Made by a program: the position numbers and the translations under genes. A model generated the notes under the pieces. That model did not search any database, was not told the DNA's origin, and saw nothing but the letters and a program-made list of their open reading frames with translations. Below, one piece after another: positions 40,782 through 50,438 of a stretch of 64,000 nucleotides of DNA. Numbering within the stretch: the stretch's first letter is position 1; each line of letters starts with the position of its first letter. Source of the stretch: Candidatus Dormiibacterota bacterium (GTDB taxonomy: Bacteria; Chloroflexota; Dormibacteria; Aeolococcales; Bog-877); NCBI GenBank assembly GCA_027319585.1, contig DAHVMY010000002.1, forward strand, positions 27,155-91,154. The letters run 5' to 3'.

Positions 40782-40950
40782 TCGATTCCGGTGGTGACCG
40801 AGAGGTTACCGGCAAGGACCGGGTGATCCGGGATCGGAACGGCCTGAAGGGCAGTGGCCGCGGCCGGGCGATTCACTTGAGGACCCTGATCGGCGCGGGG
40901 CGCCGGCGACCCTCGCCCACCCGCAAACCTTTTGGGCAGTTACAGCGTTG
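40782..40950 (-). ncRNA. long 5' leader of kimA; candidate c-di-AMP (ydaO-type) riboswitch
   Basis: The minus-strand leader contains CGCCGAUCAGGGUCC...GUGAAUCGCCCGG, which resembles the ydaO P1 region CGCUUAAUCAGGGGAGCC...GGGGAAUC. There are about 170 nt with no ORF. The call rests on a weak by-eye match plus the known kimA-riboswitch linkage in Bacillus. Confidence 0.25.
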
Positions 40951-41025
40951 TCCAGACACAGGGCCGGGCGCGGCGCTGCGATTCTCGGTCCGGTTTCGCC
41001 GCCAGCTGCGGTTGGGGAGATCTTG

Positions 41026-41652
41026 ATGGTGGAAGGTGAGATGGACGCCGGCGGCACGGCCTGGGACCGGCGCTTCGCCGAGCACCAGTGGTCGCAAACG
41101 CCCGACCCGATGCTCCTTGAACTGGCCGATCCCCTCGGGGGAGGAAGGGCGCTCGACCTCGGCTGCGGCCCCGGTCGCAATGCGATCTGGTTGGCCCAAC
41201 ACGGCTTCTCGGTCACCGGGGTGGACAACTCCAAGGTGGCGCTCCAGCAGGCGAGAGAGCGCGCCCTGGAGGCCGGCGTCGATCTCGACCTGGTGGAAGC
41301 CGATCTCACCGAGTACCGGCCCCCGCCTGCGCACTTCGATCTCGTGGTCATGGCGCACATTCACCCGGGTCCGGATCTGCTGCCGGCGATCATCCTGAGG
41401 TCGACTGCGGGGCTGCGCGCGGGTGGGCACCTGTTCGTGATCGGTCACCACCTGAGTGAGCTCGGGCACGACGGCCCCCCGCGGGAGGAGCTGCTCTACA
41501 CGGAGGAGCGGCTGCTGGCCGCGGTTCCTAACGCGCTGGAGATCGAGAGGTTGGAGACGGTGGCGCGCCAGGGCACTGACCACGGCGAGGAGCGCCAGAG
41601 TCAGGCCGTTCTGCTGTGGGCGACGCGACGAGCCGATCCCTCCCCGCATTGA
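41026..41652 (+). CDS. class I SAM-dependent methyltransferase
   Basis: Motif I is ALDLGCGPGRNAIWLAQHGFSVTGVD. Post-I is DLVEADLTEY. The start is at MVEGEMD. Confidence 0.75.
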   Translation: MVEGEMDAGGTAWDRRFAEHQWSQTPDPMLLELADPLGGGRALDLGCGPGRNAIWLAQHGFSVTGVDNSKVALQQARERALEAGVDLDLVEADLTEYRPPPAHFDLVVMAHIHPGPDLLPAIILRSTAGLRAGGHLFVIGHHLSELGHDGPPREELLYTEERLLAAVPNALEIERLETVARQGTDHGEERQSQAVLLWATRRADPSPH

Positions 41653-41778
41653 CCGCGGGCATGCAAGATCTCCACTGGGTCCGGCTCTGCCCGTTGGAGC
41701 AGCGGCGCATGGTCTTGGCCGCCGGGCAGGCGGCGTCACCTGCCGACTCCGACACAGCACGCGCGGTCCCGGCCGGGG

Positions 41779-44058
41779 ATGGCTGACCCAAGCCCGCGGA
41801 GACCCTGGGGACGTCCCCGGCCTTTGCCTTGCTGGGGGCGGGTGGCGCTCACCATCGTCGCCTTGGCGATCGTGGCGGTGGGCGGCGAGTTCTCGAGCTT
41901 CGCCGGCGGCCAGGAGCCGGAGTTGAGTCACCAGTACTCAAGCCCGACCGGCCCACTGGCGCCGGGCGTCTGGAGCTGGGCCACCCAGAGTGGCAGGGCC
42001 ATCACCATCCGAGAGCGCTCATATCGTCTTGCGCTCACCCGCACGACCGACCTTCTCTCGGTGAGGGCCTCCGGGTCCTCGTACGCGTTCCCGATGGCGG
42101 CCCTCATCGGCCGCGCCCAACTGCCCGCGAGGGCTCGTTTCGTGGCGACGACCGACCAGTCGGAGCTGCGGCTCTACATCTTCACCGCAGGTGGCAAGCT
42201 CCTCGAACGCGCTGTCCTCGACGCCCGGCCCAGCTACTTCACGATCAGCTTCGAAGCCCTCCTGGGCCGCGATCACCTGGCCGCGCCGACGTTCCTCTCC
42301 AACGGCACCCGAGGACTGCCCCTTGCCTTCCTCCGCCACGCCTTCAGTCCGGACCCGGTGTCCCCATCCCTCGCGCCGACCCCCACCACCTATCTCGGCG
42401 TGCACCATCCGTTCCACACCGCTCCCTTTGCCCCGCCGCCATTCCAACTCTGCTTCCAAGCCGGCGCGAGGTGGACCGGGGTCGGCTTGGTGCAAGTGCC
42501 GGACGCGACCGCTCTGGCGCTGACTCGACGGGGCGGCGTGTATGTCAACTACCCGTTGACCGAGCTGGCCACGATCCGGGACCGAGGGGCCGGGGGGCGC
42601 GTGAGCCCACCCCAGGCGGTCCCGGCGACGGGCGCTGCCGGCATCTGGCTCGGGTTCCCCTCCCTGGTGTTCACCTTCGGCCGGACTCCGGGGCTGACCC
42701 TGCTGTCCTACCAGGCCGCCCTTGCCCGCATGGGGGAGGCACCGGTGCCCGGGAACGCCAGCCACCCCCCGGCATGGTGGGCCTGGCCCATGGTCGACAC
42801 ATGGGGACAGCAGCTGGTGGCCGGTGCAGCCCGGACCTCGCAGCGGTACACCGCCGCCTGGGTCCAGCGCTTTGTGCAGCAGTGGCGGCAGCGGTTCGAG
42901 GTCCGTCACTTCACTGTGATTCTGGACGCCCAGTGGCAGGCCCGCCTGGGCTATGCCATCCCCAGCGCTCGCTTCGGCGGGGTGCAGGGTATGCGTCAAC
43001 TGATCCGCCGGCTGCAGGCGCAGGGCCTCAAGGTGATGCTCTGGTGGCCACTTTGGAAGCAGGAGAGCAGCCACGGCAGGCGCAGCCGTGTGGACCCCAC
43101 CTCCCCCACCTTCCCGGCCCTCACAACCCGGCAGATGGATGAACTCCTGGGAACCGGGCCTGGGGAACTCGGCGCCAACGGCCTCAAACTGGACTGGGGC
43201 TTCCTGGTGCCGCCACCCAACCTTGAGCGGATCGACCGGCCCGAGCTCGGCATCGGCGCCGCCCTCCTGCTGCGCTACATGCGGCTGCTGTCCGGCGCGG
43301 CGTGGCAGGCGGATCCCCAGGCGCTGATCGACGCGAGCGCCGTGGCGCCGCAGTTCGGCGCCACCGAGGACACCCTGCGCCTGTACGACGCCGCCCGAGC
43401 CTCCACCTGGAGCTACCGCGCTGCGATCGTCAGCGCGGTGGACCCCAATCGCCTCATCGACGGGGATGGCTGGCGTCTCAGCCGATCGCAGGCGGTCGCG
43501 CACACCGTGGAGAGCGCGGTCTTCGGGATCCCGGCCATGTACTACGCGACGCGCTGGTCTGGTGGCCACCCGATCTCTTTGACTCTGGCCCGCGCGTTGG
43601 GCTCAGTCCTGTCGCTGGGCCAGCAGCGAGGCAGGAACGGCCAGGCCAGGCTGGCCGCCTCGGGCCGGTGGACGTATGAGGTGGGTGGCCGCCTTCGCGC
43701 CGCCACGCTGGCCCACGCTCGAGCGTTGGTGGTGTACCGGTACTCCCGCGGGGGCCGTCTGACCCAGGCGATCGTGGTCAGCGCCCTCACCACCAACCTC
43801 CAGATCGGGTCGGTCGGTCACAGCCGTCCCAGCGGCGTGACCGACCCCGGCGGAGGGAGGGTTATCTACCACCGCGACGGCAGCGTCCTGGACTTCCTAG
43901 CCCGAGCTGGGGATCGCTACGTGGTGCGGTACCTGAGCCCGGGGCCGGTGGTGGCTCCCCGACCCGGCAGCCGGGTGTCCACCGAGGAGGAGTTCCAAGC
44001 CTCCGGCGGCGGCATGGCCCCGGGGTACTGGCGCCCCTTCGTCGGGGCGACCTCATGA
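41779..44058 (+). CDS. large secreted or membrane-anchored protein with a TIM-barrel glycoside-hydrolase-like core (clan GH-D / alpha-galactosidase-like?)
   Basis: The N-terminus has a TM or signal segment. The ordered motifs PMVDTWG, FTVILDAQW, GLKVMLWWPLW and GLKLDWGF mimic the WNSW, DDGW, GxKxGLW and LKxD blocks of GH27/GH36. The family assignment is tentative. Confidence 0.55.
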   Translation: MADPSPRRPWGRPRPLPCWGRVALTIVALAIVAVGGEFSSFAGGQEPELSHQYSSPTGPLAPGVWSWATQSGRAITIRERSYRLALTRTTDLLSVRASGSSYAFPMAALIGRAQLPARARFVATTDQSELRLYIFTAGGKLLERAVLDARPSYFTISFEALLGRDHLAAPTFLSNGTRGLPLAFLRHAFSPDPVSPSLAPTPTTYLGVHHPFHTAPFAPPPFQLCFQAGARWTGVGLVQVPDATALALTRRGGVYVNYPLTELATIRDRGAGGRVSPPQAVPATGAAGIWLGFPSLVFTFGRTPGLTLLSYQAALARMGEAPVPGNASHPPAWWAWPMVDTWGQQLVAGAARTSQRYTAAWVQRFVQQWRQRFEVRHFTVILDAQWQARLGYAIPSARFGGVQGMRQLIRRLQAQGLKVMLWWPLWKQESSHGRRSRVDPTSPTFPALTTRQMDELLGTGPGELGANGLKLDWGFLVPPPNLERIDRPELGIGAALLLRYMRLLSGAAWQADPQALIDASAVAPQFGATEDTLRLYDAARASTWSYRAAIVSAVDPNRLIDGDGWRLSRSQAVAHTVESAVFGIPAMYYATRWSGGHPISLTLARALGSVLSLGQQRGRNGQARLAASGRWTYEVGGRLRAATLAHARALVVYRYSRGGRLTQAIVVSALTTNLQIGSVGHSRPSGVTDPGGGRVIYHRDGSVLDFLARAGDRYVVRYLSPGPVVAPRPGSRVSTEEEFQASGGGMAPGYWRPFVGATS

Positions 44059-44081
44059 GTCCTTTGGCGAAGACGCCGCGG

Positions 44082-45047
44082 TCAACTCCACAGCAGGTGC
44101 CGCCGCTCCTCCCAGTACTGGGCGGAGGGAAGTGCCAGCCGTGCCAGGGAGGCGAGTTCCGACGGGGGGACCACCAACTGAGCGGCGGCGACATTGCTCT
44201 CCAGCTGTTCGACTGTCACGGCACCGGATAGGGCGAGGTCCACAAAGGGCTGGTGAAGGACCGCTGCCAGCGCCACCTGGTCCAGGGGCCGGCCCAATCT
44301 CCCCGCCAACTCGTGCAGGGGACGCAGCCGGCGATCCTCACCGTCGAGCAGCCGGCCATTCGCCATCGCCTCCTTGACCAGCACCCGCCAGCCCGCTTGA
44401 CGCGCCCGCAGCAGAGCCGGTCCGGCGGACTGCTCCAGCAGATTCCAGGTCGCCTGAACGCAGCTGAACGGGTTCTCGCCATCGACCGCCACCTCCATCG
44501 CGTCACCGATCACTGCCGCCTGGTGCGGCCCGCTGACCGTGAGCCCAATCGCCAGGCCGGAGCGCCGCAGTGCCAGCAGATGAGCGAGCACCTGCTGGTC
44601 CCGGAGGACCCGACTCTCCGGGGTGGCGGAGTGGATCTGGTACAGCTGCAGGTGCTCCCCCAGCAGCTGGCGGCTCTCCGCGTACTGGCGAATCAGCGCC
44701 GCCAGCGAGTGATCCTTGACCTCGTGGACCGGCGCGTCCATTCGCCAGTCGCCCACATAGGTGTAACCCCACTTCGACCCGCACACGACCTCCTGCGCCT
44801 CGAGAGGATGCGCCCGCAACCAACCACCCAGGAATTCCTCGGCCGCGCCATAGGAACGCGCCACGTCGAAGTAGCGCACGCCGAGTGAGTAGGCACGGTC
44901 CAGAAGGAGGTAGGCGCGCTGACGAAGGTCATCGCGACCCCTCCCTGAGGGGAGATCCCGGTCACGACCCAAGTTGATGTAGGCGGGACGGCCGACCGCA
45001 GCCAGCCCCAGCCCAACCCTATTTCCGGACAGCTGAAATTGCGGCAA
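44082..45047 (-). CDS. aldo/keto reductase
   Basis: It contains LGLAAVG, DVARSYG and the AKR fold. It is 321 aa long. Confidence 0.85.
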   Translation of the reverse strand: MPQFQLSGNRVGLGLAAVGRPAYINLGRDRDLPSGRGRDDLRQRAYLLLDRAYSLGVRYFDVARSYGAAEEFLGGWLRAHPLEAQEVVCGSKWGYTYVGDWRMDAPVHEVKDHSLAALIRQYAESRQLLGEHLQLYQIHSATPESRVLRDQQVLAHLLALRRSGLAIGLTVSGPHQAAVIGDAMEVAVDGENPFSCVQATWNLLEQSAGPALLRARQAGWRVLVKEAMANGRLLDGEDRRLRPLHELAGRLGRPLDQVALAAVLHQPFVDLALSGAVTVEQLESNVAAAQLVVPPSELASLARLALPSAQYWEERRHLLWS

Positions 45048-45113
45048 CCTCAGTACCTCCAGCGCCCCCGACCAGCCATCCGCGCCGACGTGCCCCCCAC
45101 CGCCCCGCGATCA

Positions 45114-46760
45114 TCAGACCCGTCCCGACCCGCGCTGAAACCGCCTTCGAAGGGCGGCCACCCGCGCGTCCGCCAGCACCGCCCGGGCAGCGTTGCGTCC
45201 CGGGGCGCCCATGACTCCTCCGCCGGGATGGGTGCCGGAGCCGCAGAGGTAGAGACCCCCGACAGGGGTGCGGTAGCTGCCGGCCGCGAGCGCGGGGCGG
45301 AAGCAGAAGAGCTGATCCAGCGACATCTCCCCATGGAAGATGTTGCCGCCGACCAGGCCGAACTCGCGCTCCATGTCCATCGGGGTGATGACCTGACGGT
45401 GCAGGACCGCCTGCGGGACATTGGGGGCGTACTGGCCCAGGATCTCGACCACGCGGTCACCAAGGCGCTCAGCCTGCTGGTCCCAATCAGACTCGGCCAG
45501 CGTGTGCGGCGCGTACTGGACAAAGCAGGTCAGGATGTGTTTGCCCTCCGGAGCCAGGGTCGGGTCCTTGGTGGTGGGGATGACGCAGTCCATCATCGGC
45601 GAGCTGCTCCACCTCCCCGACTGCCCCTCGACCCAGGCCGCCTCGAGGTGATCGATCGACGGGTTGATGATGAATTCCGGGTGCTGGGGCCCGAGCTCGC
45701 TCCCGGGCAGAGCCCGAAAGTCCGGGAGCTCCGCCAGCGCGAGGTTCACCTTGGCCGACCCGCTGCGACTGCGGTAGCGATCCATGTCGGTCGCGAAGTC
45801 GGCGGTCAGGTGGTCCCTTCCCACCAGCCCCAGGAGGGTGCTGACCGGATGGATGCCGGAGATGACCCGGGTAGCCTTCAGCTCGGTGCCGTCGCGCAGG
45901 ACCACCCCCTGGACCCGGCCGTCGACAACCGGAATCGCCACCACCTCGGAATCGGTCCTGATCTCGGCACCGTGGACGGTGGCCGCCTGGGCAAGGATCT
46001 CGGAGAGCCGGCCCATCCCCCCGCGCACGAACCCCCAGCCGCCGCGAAACCCTCCCGCCTCACCGATCCGGTGGTGGAGTAGCACGTAGGCGGTCCCCGG
46101 TGATCGCGGTCCGGCCCACGCCCCAATGACCCCGCCGGGGCAGAGCGCCCCCTTGACGGCATCGTCCTCGAACCACTGATCGAGGTAGTCGGCAACCGAC
46201 ATGGTCATGATGTCGACTAGGCCGCCGAGCTCGCGGCGGTGGCGGAGCACATGCCGCGACAGGCCGACTGCCTCGGCCAGCTCCTCAGGGGACTTGATCC
46301 GGCTACGAGGGGGAATCCGATCCAGCAGGGGCCGCACCACCTGCACCAGCCGTCCGATGGTGCGATCGTAGTCGGCCAGTGCCGCTGCATCGTGCGCCGA
46401 GAACTTGGCGACCTCGCCCTGGGCCCGCCCCAGATCCTCCCAGTAGAGCAGGCTGCGGCCGTCGGGGAAAGGCATGAAGTACGCGGGGTCGAGCGGGTAG
46501 ACGTGGTAACCGAAGCGGCGGAGCTGCAACTCCTCCACGATCGCCGGTCGGAGCAGGCTGACCACGTAGGAGAGGATCGAGACCCGGTACCCTGGCCACA
46601 CCTCCTCGGTTACGGCGGCGCCGCCTACACGTGGGCGGCGCTCCAAGACCAGGACCCGCTGTCCGGCGCGCGCCAGGTAGGCGGCGCAGACAAGGCCGTT
46701 GTGGCCCCCGCCGACCACGATGGTGTCGAACCTGGAGGAGTGTCGAGCGGCGGTGGTCAT
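45114..46760 (-). CDS. FAD/NAD(P)-binding oxidoreductase, phytoene-desaturase (CrtI)-like
   Basis: The start at ATG 46760 gives MTTAARHSSRFDTIVVGGGHNGLVCAAYLARAG, a Rossmann GxGxxG. The C-terminal GSGTHPGGGVMGAPG is present. The ORF-track N-terminal extension was rejected. Confidence 0.8.
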   Translation of the reverse strand: MTTAARHSSRFDTIVVGGGHNGLVCAAYLARAGQRVLVLERRPRVGGAAVTEEVWPGYRVSILSYVVSLLRPAIVEELQLRRFGYHVYPLDPAYFMPFPDGRSLLYWEDLGRAQGEVAKFSAHDAAALADYDRTIGRLVQVVRPLLDRIPPRSRIKSPEELAEAVGLSRHVLRHRRELGGLVDIMTMSVADYLDQWFEDDAVKGALCPGGVIGAWAGPRSPGTAYVLLHHRIGEAGGFRGGWGFVRGGMGRLSEILAQAATVHGAEIRTDSEVVAIPVVDGRVQGVVLRDGTELKATRVISGIHPVSTLLGLVGRDHLTADFATDMDRYRSRSGSAKVNLALAELPDFRALPGSELGPQHPEFIINPSIDHLEAAWVEGQSGRWSSSPMMDCVIPTTKDPTLAPEGKHILTCFVQYAPHTLAESDWDQQAERLGDRVVEILGQYAPNVPQAVLHRQVITPMDMEREFGLVGGNIFHGEMSLDQLFCFRPALAAGSYRTPVGGLYLCGSGTHPGGGVMGAPGRNAARAVLADARVAALRRRFQRGSGRV

Positions 46761-46841
46761 ATGGGCCGGTATGTTCGCAGGTCGCCAACCCCAAGCGAGC
46801 GGCGACATTGATCGGGCCCTCGAACCCGCCGCAACGCGAGA

Positions 46842-48266
46842 ATGGCAGGCATGGCACAAGCGCAGTCCACCACCCTGGTCGTCTTCGGGGCATCCGGGGA
46901 CCTCGCCACCCGCAAGGTGCTCCCCGCCCTTCAGTCCGCGGTGGCTGGAGAAGAGGTGAGTGGCCCGGTGCGCGTGGTGGGGGTCGGCCGGTCCAATCTG
47001 GACGATGAGTCCTTCCGGGCCCACCTCGCATCCGACGAACGGACGGCCGCTTTGGCTGACACCGCCGGCTGGATGCGGCTCGACTACTCGGACCGAGACG
47101 CGTATTCCCAGCTGCTGGCGGTCGAGGAGGCGACGGCCCAGGTGGTCTTCTACCTCGCCACCCCTCCCAGCGTGTTCCCGGCGATCCTGAGCGGGCTCGC
47201 GGCCGTGGGGCTGAACCGGCGAGGCGACCCCTCGCGCCGGATCGTGGTGGAGAAGCCGCTGGGGCATGACCTGGAGAGCTCACGCGAGCTCAACCATCAG
47301 CTGCGGGAGACGTTCACCGAGGACCAGATCTACAGGATCGACCATTACCTGGCCAAGGACACCGTCCAGAACGTGCTGGCGCTGCGCTTCAGCAACGCCA
47401 TCTTCGAGGCGATCTGGAACCGCAACCTGGTCCAGAGCGTGCAGATCACCGCGGCTGAGGAGGAGGGCATCGGCAGTCGCGCCGGCTACTACGACCAGAC
47501 CGGGGCACTGCGGGACATGGTGCAGAACCACGTGCTCCAGCTCCTGGCGCTGGTGGCGATGGAGCCGCCGACCACCTTCGACGCCAGGGACATCCGCAAG
47601 GCCAAGCTGGAGCTGCTGCGGGCTGTCCGCCCCATCGATCCTCAGCTGGCAGTGCGCGGCCAGTATCGCGGCTACCTCACCGCGGAGGGGGTGAGCCGGG
47701 GATCGCGGCGGGAGACCTACGTGGCGGCCATGCTCCACGTGGAGAACTGGCGTTGGGACGGAGTGCCGTTCTTCATCCGCACCGGCAAGGCCCTCCGACA
47801 GCGCACCACCCAGGTCGTGATCCGCTTTCGGGACTCGCCCTCGCTGCGTCTGGGGGGCACCCGGCAACGGCCGATCCCAACGCTGCTGCAGATCCGGATT
47901 CAGCCCCATGAGGGGATCACTCTGCGGATTGGGGCCAAGCGGCCAGGGACCCGGTTCGAGATGGTGCCAGCGGGCCTCGACCTTGAATACGCCGGGCTCG
48001 CGGGATCCCAGCTGCCCGATGCCTATGAACACGTGCTCACCGAGGTGCTGGCGGGAGTCCACACGGTCTTCCCGAGCGGTGATGAGATCGACCGCAGTTG
48101 GGAGATCGTGGGAGAGGTGATGCAAGCCTGGGAGCGGAGCGGCCACCCCGAGCTCTACCAGCCCGGATCCTGGGGTCCAGAGGGCGCGGATGAGCTGATC
48201 GAACGCCTCGGCCGCTCGCGCTGGCTGGACCCTGCTGACGACCTCACCACCAACGGTGGTCGCTAG
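46842..48266 (+). CDS. zwf: glucose-6-phosphate 1-dehydrogenase
   Basis: It contains VVFGASGDLATRKVLPAL, the RIDHYLAKD signature, and EKPLGHD. Confidence 0.9.
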   Translation: MAGMAQAQSTTLVVFGASGDLATRKVLPALQSAVAGEEVSGPVRVVGVGRSNLDDESFRAHLASDERTAALADTAGWMRLDYSDRDAYSQLLAVEEATAQVVFYLATPPSVFPAILSGLAAVGLNRRGDPSRRIVVEKPLGHDLESSRELNHQLRETFTEDQIYRIDHYLAKDTVQNVLALRFSNAIFEAIWNRNLVQSVQITAAEEEGIGSRAGYYDQTGALRDMVQNHVLQLLALVAMEPPTTFDARDIRKAKLELLRAVRPIDPQLAVRGQYRGYLTAEGVSRGSRRETYVAAMLHVENWRWDGVPFFIRTGKALRQRTTQVVIRFRDSPSLRLGGTRQRPIPTLLQIRIQPHEGITLRIGAKRPGTRFEMVPAGLDLEYAGLAGSQLPDAYEHVLTEVLAGVHTVFPSGDEIDRSWEIVGEVMQAWERSGHPELYQPGSWGPEGADELIERLGRSRWLDPADDLTTNGGR

Positions 48267-48332
48267 CGACCAGGGCCAGGCTCGAGGAGGGAGTGCAGCC
48301 GACATCGGCTGGCGCGATCCCCTCCCAAATGC

Positions 48333-48785
48333 TCAGTTGACCGCCGGCGCCGTTGCCGCCGGAGGGGCGACATCGTGCACGCGAAACTGGAGCTCCCGGG
48401 GCGCCGAGATCCCCAGCCGAGCCACCAGCCGGTACTCTCCCGCCACCGGAAAGACGATGTTGAACGTCAGTGCCAGGGAGATGCGCTGGGCCTGCCCGGG
48501 CGGGAGCCCGGCCGGACGCGACGGGTTGATCTGGGTCTGAACCCCGGCGACCTGGCGTTCCTGTTCGTCCTCGATGGTGACCGACAGCTGCTGGGGGATC
48601 GGGGACGCCGAGGCGGGAACCACCACCGTCACCGCCACCCCCAGATGGCTGACTATCGGGGGGCCACCGACCGGGGGCTGCGGCCGCCAGTGGTCGGTCC
48701 ACCCCCCGCCGGAGATGTAAAGGAGGCCGTTCACCGCCTCCACGTGGTTGGCCAGCACCAGGTTCTCGACCTCTGGCATCTCCAT
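48333..48785 (-). CDS. hypothetical protein (150 aa)
   Basis: The start is at MEMPEVENLV. Codon usage is GC3-rich. I recognised no motif. Confidence 0.4.
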   Translation of the reverse strand: MEMPEVENLVLANHVEAVNGLLYISGGGWTDHWRPQPPVGGPPIVSHLGVAVTVVVPASASPIPQQLSVTIEDEQERQVAGVQTQINPSRPAGLPPGQAQRISLALTFNIVFPVAGEYRLVARLGISAPRELQFRVHDVAPPAATAPAVN

Positions 48786-49123
48786 TCGCTCAGTTTCGCA
48801 GGCTGGAGGCGTCGCCCGGGCAGGACCCCGTCGCCGACGGTGGAACTCTCGTCCCACCAGAGAGAGCGAGTCCGCCTCTGCGGTGGGTCCAGCCCGTGGT
48901 GAGGCAGCTCCGGTGCAGCGCTGGCGGAGTGCGGTAGAGCGCCGGGGTGGGGCCCACGGGAACTCTGAGCGCCTCCACCTGGCGCGGCGGGGTGTCAAAG
49001 TCCCAGTGGCCGGGCTCAACCATGGCGGCATCGGAGGCGGGGGTGGACAATGCCGCCCACCCGGCCCTGTAGCGCTGGTTGGCTCGCCCACCTCACCAAC
49101 CCGAGCAGGCGGAGCCAGCCGCC

Positions 49124-50323
49124 TCAGCGAACTTGCTCGACCACCATCGCAATCCCCTGGCCCACCCCGATGCACATGGCGGCCAGCCCGAACTGGACCT
49201 GGCGTCGGCGCATCTCGTGCAGCAGCGTGACCAGAATCCTGGCGCCCGAGCAGCCCAGGGGGTGGCCCAGAGCGATGGCGCCGCCATTGACGTTGAGCCG
49301 CTCATCCTCGGCGTCGATCCCCCACTCTCCGAGCACGGCGAGGGACTGGGCCGCGAAGGCCTCGTTGAGTTCGATGAGGCCGATCTCTGCCATTGAAATC
49401 CCGGCCCGCTCCAGCGCTTTGCGCGCGGCCGGGACCGGGCCTATCCCCATGATCCGCGGCGGAACGCCAGCGACCGCCATCGAGCGCACCGCCGCCATCG
49501 GGTGGAGCCCCTGCGCCCGCGCGTACTCGGCGTCGGCCAGCAGCAGGGCCGCAGCCCCATCGTTCAGGGAGCTGGAGTTGCCGGCTGTGACGGTGCCATC
49601 CTTGGCAAAGGCGGGCCTGAGCTCAGCGAGCTTCTCCAACGTGGTGTCCGGCCTTGGGCCCTCGTCCACCCTGACCTGGCCGCCCCTGGTCTCGATGGCG
49701 ATGCGCTCGTCCTGGAAGGCCCCCCTCAGCTCCGCCGCCACCGCGCGCCGATGGCTGCCCAGGGCGAAGTTGTCCTGAGCCTGGCGGGGAATCGAATACA
49801 TCTGCGCCAGATTCTCCGCGGTCTGGCCCATGGAGTCGGTCCCGTAGAGATCCTCCAGGCGCTGATTGACGTAGCGCCAGCCCAGAGCGGTGTCGTACAT
49901 GGGCTGCTGACCGCGCGGCCAGCCCCGCTCCGGCTTGGGGACCGACCAAGGGGCACGGCTCATCGACTCGACCCCGCCGCCCACACACATCCGAGCATCC
50001 CCATGATGGATCGTGCGGGCGGCATCCGCAACCGCCTGGAGGCCGCTGCCGCAGAGCCGGTTCACCGTGCACCCCCCCACCTCCAGCGGGTACCCGGCCA
50101 GCAACAGCGCCATCCGGGCCACGTTGCGGTTGTCCTCGCCCGCCTGATTGGCGCAGCCGAAGTAGACATCCTCGATGGCGCTGGCGTCCGCACCCGTCCG
50201 CTCCAGCAGTGAGCGCAGGGCCGCCGCCCCCAGGTCATCGGGACGCACCGACGCCAGCGCCCCGCCGTAGCGTCCAACCGGCGTCCGAACTCCGTCCACG
50301 ATCACGGCATCTGTCATGTCCAC
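49124..50323 (-). CDS. acetyl-CoA C-acyltransferase (thiolase)
   Basis: It contains VIVDGVRTPVGRYGG, the active-site NRLCGSGLQAV, and the C-terminal GLAAMCIGVGQGIAMVVE. Confidence 0.9.
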   Translation of the reverse strand: MDMTDAVIVDGVRTPVGRYGGALASVRPDDLGAAALRSLLERTGADASAIEDVYFGCANQAGEDNRNVARMALLLAGYPLEVGGCTVNRLCGSGLQAVADAARTIHHGDARMCVGGGVESMSRAPWSVPKPERGWPRGQQPMYDTALGWRYVNQRLEDLYGTDSMGQTAENLAQMYSIPRQAQDNFALGSHRRAVAAELRGAFQDERIAIETRGGQVRVDEGPRPDTTLEKLAELRPAFAKDGTVTAGNSSSLNDGAAALLLADAEYARAQGLHPMAAVRSMAVAGVPPRIMGIGPVPAARKALERAGISMAEIGLIELNEAFAAQSLAVLGEWGIDAEDERLNVNGGAIALGHPLGCSGARILVTLLHEMRRRQVQFGLAAMCIGVGQGIAMVVEQVR

Positions 50324-50438
50324 TTCCCATTGCCAACTCGGTTGAACCAGTGCCCACCTATTGTCGGCGGCGGCGCCCGACGGCCGGACACTCTCGGTGC
50401 GCGCGGGCGCCGTCAGCCCCGGGAGGAGCGGCTCTCGC

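Noticed and set aside
38782-40815. 677-aa alternative-frame ORF at the kimA locus
   Set aside because: It has the same strand as kimA but a different frame and an Arg/Gly/Pro-rich translation. The KimA frame carries all the conserved transporter blocks.
45114-47267. 717-aa version of the CrtI-like oxidoreductase ORF; similarly 23705-25849 for the sedolisin
   Set aside because: The Rossmann fold (45114 case) or the pro-domain (23705 case) begins at an internal ATG. The upstream extensions overlap neighbouring genes and lack features.
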